Shown here piece by piece: positions 47,371 to 54,310 of a stretch of 64,000 nucleotides of DNA. The notes below the pieces were generated by a model. It was given only the letters and a program-made list of their open reading frames with translations. It was not told the DNA's origin and searched no databases. Within the stretch, counting starts at the first letter, position 1. Every line of letters starts with the position of its first letter. Made by a program: the position numbers and the translations under genes. Source of the DNA: an uncultured Rickettsiales bacterium (GTDB taxonomy: Bacteria; Pseudomonadota; Alphaproteobacteria; Rickettsiales; SXRF01); assembly GCA_964535825.1 (NCBI GenBank), contig CAZHUC010000004.1, positions 6,928 to 70,927 on the forward strand, in the 5' to 3' direction.

Positions 47371-48122
47371 CAGACCCTCAATCCGCCATGCACTTCCAGC
47401 ACAGTACCATTTACATAATGATTATTAATGGCGAACATGCAGGCATCAATGATGCTGTCGGGATTGCCTAGCATCTTCATCGGGATGCGGCTGGTGATAT
47501 CTTTAAGCTGTGCTTCAGATACTGCGGCATGGGTGGAGGGGGTATCCATATAGCCTGGGGCAATAGCCACACTGCGGATACCAAAACCACCAAGTTCTTT
47601 TGCCCATACTTGTGTGAGGGCCTCGATGCCTGCCTTGCTGGCAGAATAAGCACTCTGGCCGGCATTGCCTTTAGCCGCTACCGAGCTGATATTGATGATC
47701 ACGCCCTGTTTGCGTGCTTTAGCCATTCTGCGTGCCACGAACTGCGATACATAGAAAGCAGAGGAAAGATTGGTGTTGATACAACGCATCCAGTCATCTG
47801 CGTTGCGCTCCAGAGATGAGTCATCCTTTTCCAGAATATTCACCAGTGGTGCGCTATGTAATATGCCGGCATTGTTGATAAGCACATCAACGGTCGGATG
47901 GTCGGCATATACTGATTCAAGGCAGCTATTCACTTTGCGGGCATCCGTAAGATCGCAGGTGACGCCGTGAAAGTTCTTTTGCGCCATGGCTTTTAGTTTG
48001 TCCGTATTCACATCAAGGCCAATGACCGATGCTGCGCCTTCTTCAAGCATGGCTTGTACCAGCCTTTTGCCTAATTCACCGGCTGCACCTGTAATGAGTA
48101 TGGTCTTTCCTTGGACGGTCAT
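47370..48122 (-). CDS. Short-chain dehydrogenase/reductase (FabG-like)
   Basis: 250 aa with ILITGAAGELG, NNAG and YSASKAG. ATGA overlap with the carrier-protein gene. Confidence 0.85.
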   Translation of the reverse strand: MTVQGKTILITGAAGELGKRLVQAMLEEGAASVIGLDVNTDKLKAMAQKNFHGVTCDLTDARKVNSCLESVYADHPTVDVLINNAGILHSAPLVNILEKDDSSLERNADDWMRCINTNLSSAFYVSQFVARRMAKARKQGVIINISSVAAKGNAGQSAYSASKAGIEALTQVWAKELGGFGIRSVAIAPGYMDTPSTHAAVSEAQLKDITSRIPMKMLGNPDSIIDACMFAINNHYVNGTVLEVHGGLRV

Positions 48123-48343
48123 AGGCGATGCCTGTGTAAAATGGTTTCAATAGCTTTGACCGACACCATATCAGCGATCTCGTCGCCTGTCAGTTCGATA
48201 CCAAGCTCTTTCTCGATAGCCACGATGATCTCGATATGTTTAAGCGAGTCCCATTCCGGCGTGTTTTCCATAGAGGTGCTGGCGCTTACTGAGGCTTCAG
48301 GCAGCTTTAAGATGTCGGCGATCAATTTATGTATTGTATTCAT
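48119..48343 (-). CDS. Acyl/peptidyl carrier protein
   Basis: 74 aa. EWDSLKHIEIIVAIEKELGIEL carries the DSL phosphopantetheine-attachment serine. Confidence 0.8.
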   Translation of the reverse strand: MNTIHKLIADILKLPEASVSASTSMENTPEWDSLKHIEIIVAIEKELGIELTGDEIADMVSVKAIETILHRHRL

Positions 48344-48372
48344 ACGCTATTTATTCCAAATTTCAGGGCACT

Positions 48373-49893
48373 ATGGCAACAGCTATCTTTAATATGGGGC
48401 TGCGCTTTAAAGAAATAGCGCAGTTGCATCCTGATAATACCGCACTCCGTATGGAAAGCGGCGAAGCTGTTACCTATCGTGAATTAGATGTTCATAGCGA
48501 CCATGTGGCGGCGTTGCTGGTGTCAAAAAAACTTGGAAGCGCGCGCCCATTGGCCATCTTTGCCGATAAATCGGTATGGGCATATGCTTCCATGCTCGGT
48601 GCGCTGAAGGCCGGTGTGCCATATGTGGTGCTTGATATGGAAAGTCCTGCCGAGCGGCTGGATAAGATACTGGATAGGTGCAAGCCCGGGCTGATCATCA
48701 GTGCAGCCGATGATTTTACATGGAAAGATGCGGAGATATACAATTTCAGCCAGCTTGATGGCCTAAAGGATGCACTGCCTGTTGAACATATCGCACAGGT
48801 TGCACCTGCTACACCGGCTTACCTGATGTTCACCTCCGGCTCTACCGGTTTTCCCAAGGGCGTTACCATCTCGCATGCCAGCATGCTCAATTTCTGCCAT
48901 TGGGCACGAGATACATTCTCCATTACCCCGCAGGACAGATTGTCGGGCGTGAATCCGCTTTATTTTGATAATTCTGTATTTGATTTTACGGCATCACTCT
49001 TCAACGGCGCGTGCCTGATGCCCATTGGCCGCAGCACACTGAAGCAGGCCAAGAAGCTGGTCGAGCAGCTTAGCGATTGCACCCTATGGTTCTCTGTGCC
49101 TTCCATGCTTATTTACCTGATGACGATGAAAGCACTCACCAAAGAAAGCTGGCCTGCCATGCGCGCCATTGTTTTCGGCGGGGAAGGCTATGCCAAGACC
49201 GAGCTCATGAAGCTCCACAAGATGTTTGGTAAGCAGGCAACGCTCTGGAATGTGTATGGGCCAACTGAATGTACCTGCATCTGTTCTGCTTATGCCGTGT
49301 CTGAAAAAGATTTTGCAGATATGGACATGCTCGCCCCGCTTGGCTTCCTTGCCAAGGAGTTCGATGGGTTGGTACTAAATGAAGGAGGAAAGCCGGTCAA
49401 GGATGGTGAGATAGGCGAGTTGCTGCTGTGTGGCTCGCAGGTGGCGATCGGGTATTATAATGATGAGGAGCGTACCAAGGCATCATTCCTGGTGAATCCT
49501 GTCACTCCTGCTTCTGGCCAGATGTGTTACCGCACGGGGGATCTCGTGCTGCGTGACCCACAAACCGGTTACCTGCATTTCAAAGGTCGCAAGGATAACC
49601 AGATCAAGCATATGGGTTATCGCATTGAGCTGGAGGAGATCGAGGCGGCATTGGCCGGGTTTTCCGAGTTGTCGCAAGGAGCAGTGGTGTATCACAGGAA
49701 GAGCGCTACGGCCGGGCGTATCATGGCGTTCGTGACGCTGGCGCATGACGTGGCAGCACAAGACATAAAAAACCGTTTGCGCAGTAAGCTGCCGTCTTAC
49801 ATGATACCGGATGAAGTGATCATTATGGATGCATTGCCTAAGAACGCGAATGGTAAAGTAGACCGTAAGGCGTTGCTGGCAGGATTGGAATAA
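48373..49893 (+). CDS. Stand-alone NRPS-type (DltA-like) amino-acid adenylation enzyme
   Basis: Core motifs are LMFTSGSTGFPKGV (A3), FDNSVFD (A4, with the Asp that binds an alpha-amino group), NVYGPTECT (A5), YRTGDL (A7), GRKDNQIKHMGYRIELEEIE (A8), LPSYMIP (A9) and NGKVDRKAL (A10). The start is ATG 48373 or 48334. Confidence 0.85.
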   Translation: MATAIFNMGLRFKEIAQLHPDNTALRMESGEAVTYRELDVHSDHVAALLVSKKLGSARPLAIFADKSVWAYASMLGALKAGVPYVVLDMESPAERLDKILDRCKPGLIISAADDFTWKDAEIYNFSQLDGLKDALPVEHIAQVAPATPAYLMFTSGSTGFPKGVTISHASMLNFCHWARDTFSITPQDRLSGVNPLYFDNSVFDFTASLFNGACLMPIGRSTLKQAKKLVEQLSDCTLWFSVPSMLIYLMTMKALTKESWPAMRAIVFGGEGYAKTELMKLHKMFGKQATLWNVYGPTECTCICSAYAVSEKDFADMDMLAPLGFLAKEFDGLVLNEGGKPVKDGEIGELLLCGSQVAIGYYNDEERTKASFLVNPVTPASGQMCYRTGDLVLRDPQTGYLHFKGRKDNQIKHMGYRIELEEIEAALAGFSELSQGAVVYHRKSATAGRIMAFVTLAHDVAAQDIKNRLRSKLPSYMIPDEVIIMDALPKNANGKVDRKALLAGLE

Positions 49894-49894
49894 T

Positions 49895-50569
49895 ATGAAG
49901 AAACTGGTGATATTCGGCATTGGCAAGATCGGGCAGGTGGTGATGCACCATTTTGCTACCGACAGCGATTATACCATCGCAGGGTTTGCGGTGGATAAGC
50001 AATACATACCACAAGGCGGTATGTTCGAGGGGCTTCCGGTCGTTGCATTCGATGAAGTAGAAAAACATTTTCCTCCACAGGCGCATGATATGTTCGTGGC
50101 GGTGGGATATCAGCAGTTGAATGGCCTGCGCGCAGCACGTTGCGCCGCAGCTCGCAAAAAAGGCTACATACTTCCTAATTACATCAGCTCTGCGAACCGG
50201 CATATCAAAAGCCCGATGGGGGATAATAATTTCATTATGTCCGGTGAGCCTCTGCAGCCGCGCACCAAGATAGGCAGCGGTTGTTTTATCTGGACGAATG
50301 CCATCATCGGCCATCATTCACATGTGGGCGATTATTGCTGGATCACCTCTAATGTCACCATCGGTGGTAATTGTCGCATTGGTGATAATTGCTTCTTAGG
50401 GCTGGGTGCTACCATCGGTCATGAAATAAGCATTGGTGCGTGCTGTCTTATCGGCGCGGGTGCGCTCATCACAAAAGATGCCCCGGAGGGTGGTGTGTAT
50501 ATCGAAGCTGAGACACAACGCTTCCGCCTGAACAGTGAACAGTTCCTCAAAATGAATACGCTTAAATAG
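49895..50569 (+). CDS. NeuD/PglD-type left-handed beta-helix sugar N-acyltransferase
   Basis: 224 aa. N-terminal KLVIFGIGKIGQVV Rossmann-like domain followed by hexapeptide repeats (IGSGCFIW..IIGHHSHVGDYCWI..VTIGGNCRIGDNCFLG). Confidence 0.8.
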   Translation: MKKLVIFGIGKIGQVVMHHFATDSDYTIAGFAVDKQYIPQGGMFEGLPVVAFDEVEKHFPPQAHDMFVAVGYQQLNGLRAARCAAARKKGYILPNYISSANRHIKSPMGDNNFIMSGEPLQPRTKIGSGCFIWTNAIIGHHSHVGDYCWITSNVTIGGNCRIGDNCFLGLGATIGHEISIGACCLIGAGALITKDAPEGGVYIEAETQRFRLNSEQFLKMNTLK

Positions 50570-50576
50570 GTGATCC

Positions 50577-51584
50577 ATGAAAAAAGAATTAGCTGATATC
50601 TATCGCTGCCCGGCCACCGGTGAAAAAGTAAAACTTGAGGTCGGCAAGGAGCAGGGCGGGGAGGTGCTGGAAGGCACATTCACCGCTGGCAGCAATCGTT
50701 ATCCCATAAAGTCTGGTGTGCCTGATTTTACCTATCCGTTCATGCTGGAGCAGAGCGATGCCGAAGCACGCCGTTACTACGACGAAAAGGCCGATGAGTA
50801 CGATGAATATCTGCCGCTTACGTTCGAAACGTTCAAGGTAGATGAAACGGCAGTGCGCAACAGCATGATCGATGACCTGTGCCTGAGGCCAGATTCAAAG
50901 GTGCTGGAAATTGGTGCTGGCAGCGGTCGTGATTCAGAGCTGATACTCAAGCGGCTGGGTAAAGACGGCCAGCTTTTCATGCAGGATATATCATCGGGTA
51001 TCTTTGATAAGGCGGTGCAAAAACTAAAAGCTGCAACGCCTGCTCCGGCATTCTTCATTTCCAATGGCAGTTACCTGCCGTTCCCCGATAAGTATTTTGA
51101 TGCCACCTATCATTTTGGTGGGCTCAACACCTTCGCGGATATTGCGCGTGCTTTCAAGGAAGCGGTACGTGTCACCAAGGTGGGTGGCAAGATCGTGATG
51201 GGTGATGAAAGCATGCCTCTCTGGCTGCGTGAGACCGAGTTCGGCAAGGTGCTCATGAACTCCAACCCTCATTACAAATTTCAGCTGCCGCTTGAGCATA
51301 TGCCGGTGGAAGCACGCAATACGCGCTTGCGCTGGATCATCGGGGAAGTGTTCTATGTGATCGATTTTGAAGTGGGTGAGGGCACACCATATGCCGATCT
51401 GGATTTTGAGATACCAGGCCCACGCGGCGGTACACACCGCACCCGCTATTATGGCCACATGGAAGGTGTTACACCGGAAGTGAAGCGACTTGCTACCAAG
51501 GCCGCAAAGTCATCAGGCAAAAGCCTGCATGAGTGGCTGTGTGATGCCGTGAATACGGCGGCCAAAAGAGATCTTGGGCAATAA
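50577..51584 (+). CDS. Trm112-like N-terminal domain + class I SAM methyltransferase + C-terminal ribbon-helix-helix-like tail
   Basis: 335 aa. YRCPATGEKVKLE...YPIKSGVPDF (Trm112-like), VLEIGAGSGRD (motif I), and the C-terminal PEVKRLATKAAKSSGKSLHEWLCDAVNTAAKR, which resembles CopG/Arc-type RHH. Confidence 0.7.
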   Translation: MKKELADIYRCPATGEKVKLEVGKEQGGEVLEGTFTAGSNRYPIKSGVPDFTYPFMLEQSDAEARRYYDEKADEYDEYLPLTFETFKVDETAVRNSMIDDLCLRPDSKVLEIGAGSGRDSELILKRLGKDGQLFMQDISSGIFDKAVQKLKAATPAPAFFISNGSYLPFPDKYFDATYHFGGLNTFADIARAFKEAVRVTKVGGKIVMGDESMPLWLRETEFGKVLMNSNPHYKFQLPLEHMPVEARNTRLRWIIGEVFYVIDFEVGEGTPYADLDFEIPGPRGGTHRTRYYGHMEGVTPEVKRLATKAAKSSGKSLHEWLCDAVNTAAKRDLGQ

Positions 51585-51587
51585 AAA

Positions 51588-51613
51588 AACGCGCGGACCA
51601 TAGCCCGCGCGTT
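51588..51613. terminator. Bidirectional Rho-independent terminator
   Basis: aacgcgcgg (51588-51596) pairs with ccgcgcgtt (51605-51613). An A7 tract on the left gives a U-run for the minus-strand small gene. Confidence 0.75.
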
Positions 51614-51637
51614 CTTCATAACAAGAATCAAAAAAGA

Positions 51638-51841
51638 TTAGTGTTTAGCTTCTTCTTTTTTAACTTCTTTTTCAGCTTTAGCTTCGCCAGCAGCTGGAGC
51701 TACTTTAGCAGCATCTTCAGCTTTAACTTCTTCAGCTTTAACTTCTTCTTTAGCAGCTGGAGCAGCTTCTTTAGCAGCTTCGTTAGCGAAAGCAGGAGCA
51801 GCAACGAGGCCGAGAACGGCGAGGAGAGCGAGAGTTTTCAT
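51638..51841 (-). CDS. Small secreted Ala/Glu/Lys-rich low-complexity protein
   Basis: Starting at the ATG at 51841: MKTLALLAVLGLVAAPAFA signal peptide, then AKEAAPAAKEEVKAEEVKAE... Contains a perfect 2 x 15-nt tandem repeat (51716-51745) and is followed by a strong terminator. Confidence 0.55.
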   Translation of the reverse strand: MKTLALLAVLGLVAAPAFANEAAKEAAPAAKEEVKAEEVKAEDAAKVAPAAGEAKAEKEVKKEEAKH

Positions 51842-51951
51842 TGTAATATCCTTTAGATATAGATTGTTAAAAGTTCCCTTGCGGAACGAGTGCAGTTCTA
51901 ACACTGGCCAGATTAAAGCACAATGGGGTAAGCATTACATTTTTGTAATGT

Positions 51952-52362
51952 TCAGCGAACCCCTAAAACAGAGGCTAATTCAGCGATTTTCTGCTTTAAA
52001 AACCGCTCTTCATAGGGCAGGAATTCTGCGTTGCCCCATATCGGCTTTGGCCATGCCGGATCGTCCATGAAGCGGGCGATGATGTGGATGTGCAGTTGCG
52101 GCACGATATTGCCAAGAGCGGCCACATTCATCTTGTGTGCCTTGGTATGGCCAGCCAGTTTCTTTGACACGCTTCGCACTTCTTCCATGACCTTGAAATA
52201 ATCGCTATCATCCAGCTCGTGCAGTTCGCGTGTATTGTCGCGTTTAGGGACTAATACCAGCCAGTGAAAATGCTGGTTGTTCATCAGCAACACGCGGCAT
52301 ACATCAAGCTCGCCGATCAAAGTTGTATCAGCAGCAAGTTGTGGATGCAGCATGAATGCCAT
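51952..52362 (-). CDS. HIT (histidine triad) family protein
   Basis: 136 aa with the HxHxHxx motif QLHIHIIAR. Confidence 0.85.
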   Translation of the reverse strand: MAFMLHPQLAADTTLIGELDVCRVLLMNNQHFHWLVLVPKRDNTRELHELDDSDYFKVMEEVRSVSKKLAGHTKAHKMNVAALGNIVPQLHIHIIARFMDDPAWPKPIWGNAEFLPYEERFLKQKIAELASVLGVR

Positions 52363-52364
52363 GC

Positions 52365-53657
52365 TTATCCGAACACACGTTTGAATATCGTATCCACATG
52401 CTTGGTGTGGTAGGTGATATCAAACAGTGATTTGATGGCATCGGGTTTTAGATTTGCTGTTACTTCACTGTCCGCCAGCAGTTCGGTGAGGAAGTCTTTG
52501 CCTTGCTCCCATACCTTCATGGCGTTGCGCTGCACGAGGCGATACGAATCCTCACGGCTGACACCTGCCTGCGTCAGTGCCAGCAGCACGCGCTGCGAGA
52601 ACACAAGGCCGCCGAGCTTATCCATATTCTGCTTCATACGGTCTGGATATACCACCAGCTTGTCGATGAGGCCTGTGAGGCGGTTCAGCGCGAAATCCAG
52701 CGTAACCGTGGCGTCGGGTGCGATCATACGCTCCACGGAAGAATGCGAAATATCGCGCTCATGCCAGAGGGCCACGTTCTCCATCGCAGGGAAAGCATAG
52801 CCGCGTACAAGGCGGGCAAGGCCTGTCACGTTCTCGGATAGCACCGGGTTGCGCTTGTGCGGCATGGCCGATGAGCCTTTTTGTCCGGGTGAGAAATATT
52901 CCTCGGCTTCCAGTACTTCCGTGCGTTGCAAGTGGCGTACTTCCACCGCAAGGCGCTCCATTGAACTTGCGATAACACCCAGTGTCGCAAAGAACATGGC
53001 ATGTCTATCACGCGGAATAATTTGTGTGGAGTGTGGCTCAACTGTAAGCCCCATTTTTTCTGCCACATACTGCTCCACGCGCGGGTCAATATTCGCGAAT
53101 GTGCCCACAGCACCGGAGATAGCACAGGTGGCGATCTCCTTGCGGGCAGCTACCATACGTTCGCGGCAGCGTGTGAACTCGGCGTAATAGCCAGCGAGTT
53201 TCAATCCGAAGGTCACAGGCTCGGCATGGATGCCATGGCTGCGGCCAACGGTTGGTACATCCTTGGTTTCGTAGGCGCGGCGTTTGATGGCGGCAAGTAG
53301 CGCATCAATATCCGCAAGCAATATATCGCTGGCGCGGGCGAGTTGTACTGACAGGCAGGTATCCAGCACATCGGAACTGGTCATGCCCTGATGCAGGAAG
53401 CGTGCTTCTGGCCCTACATACTCGGCCACGTTGGTAAGAAACGCGATCACGTCGTGTTTGGTGGTGCGCTCAATTTCATCAATGCGCGCAGGATCAAATT
53501 TGCCTTTTCCCCAGATGATTTTGGCGGCTTCTTTGGGGATGACACCTAACCCAGCCAGCGCGTCGCAGGCATGCGCCTCAATTTCAAACCATATTTGATA
53601 ACGTGTCTGGTCTGACCAGATAGATGCCATTTCAGGGCGGGAATAACGGGGGATCAT
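52365..53657 (-). CDS. purB: Adenylosuccinate lyase
   Basis: 430 aa with MIPRYSRPEM, the GSSAMPHKRNP signature loop and TSSDV. Confidence 0.95.
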   Translation of the reverse strand: MIPRYSRPEMASIWSDQTRYQIWFEIEAHACDALAGLGVIPKEAAKIIWGKGKFDPARIDEIERTTKHDVIAFLTNVAEYVGPEARFLHQGMTSSDVLDTCLSVQLARASDILLADIDALLAAIKRRAYETKDVPTVGRSHGIHAEPVTFGLKLAGYYAEFTRCRERMVAARKEIATCAISGAVGTFANIDPRVEQYVAEKMGLTVEPHSTQIIPRDRHAMFFATLGVIASSMERLAVEVRHLQRTEVLEAEEYFSPGQKGSSAMPHKRNPVLSENVTGLARLVRGYAFPAMENVALWHERDISHSSVERMIAPDATVTLDFALNRLTGLIDKLVVYPDRMKQNMDKLGGLVFSQRVLLALTQAGVSREDSYRLVQRNAMKVWEQGKDFLTELLADSEVTANLKPDAIKSLFDITYHTKHVDTIFKRVFG

Positions 53658-53695
53658 AGATGCTTTATATGATGTTGTTTATCAGGGCACTAAGA

Positions 53696-54310
53696 CTAAT
53701 ACGCAACCGGCACGGGGTCAAGCGATCGCCACAGATACCATGTAGCCACTGAGCGGTATGGTTTCCAAGGCTCAGCGAGCCTTACCAGTTCGGCCTTAGG
53801 CGCTTTCTTGCCTTTGGTGTAATGCTTGAATATCGCCTTTTGCAGGCCAATATCGGCAAGCGGCAGCACATCTGGCCTGCCCATATGGAAGATGAGGAAC
53901 ATCTCCACGGTCCATCGTCCAAGGCCTTTTACGGAGGTAAGCTCAGTGATAATTTCCTCATCGTTAAATTTATGCAGGTTTTTGATGCGTTTTTCATTCT
54001 CGGCAAAATGCTCAGCAAGCGCATGCATGTAAGACACTTTCTGGGCAGAAAGCCCCGCCGCGCGGAGTACATCAACGTTCGCTTTGGCCATAACTTTTGG
54101 GTTGATGTCCACCGCATCTTCCAGCCGTTTCCAGATGGTATCGGCTGCTTTCACCGAAATCTGCTGGCCGGCGATGGAACGGGCGAGTGTGTAAAATGCA
54201 TCGCCGCGTGAGGTGAGCATCTCGCCTTTATAGGTTTTGATGATCTTGCCAAGCACCTTGTCTTGCTTGCTCAGGTGTGTTTTTGCCTTCGGCCAGTAAG
54301 GGAGTGTCAT
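53696..54310 (-). CDS. HhH-GPD DNA glycosylase (3-methyladenine glycosylase II / AlkA-like)
   Basis: 204 aa with VKGLGRWTVEMFLIF...PDVLPLADIGLQKA (HhH plus catalytic Asp). Confidence 0.8.
   Translation of the reverse strand: MTLPYWPKAKTHLSKQDKVLGKIIKTYKGEMLTSRGDAFYTLARSIAGQQISVKAADTIWKRLEDAVDINPKVMAKANVDVLRAAGLSAQKVSYMHALAEHFAENEKRIKNLHKFNDEEIITELTSVKGLGRWTVEMFLIFHMGRPDVLPLADIGLQKAIFKHYTKGKKAPKAELVRLAEPWKPYRSVATWYLWRSLDPVPVAY

Noticed and set aside
40543-51613. Classical tRNA-integrated genomic island (integrase plus a direct repeat of the tRNA 3' end).
   Set aside because: There is no integrase, recombinase or transposase ORF. I could not find a copy of the tRNA 3' end (ggttcaaatccctcccgagcc) at the distal boundary near 51.6-51.95 kb. 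The locus is reported as a modification cluster instead.
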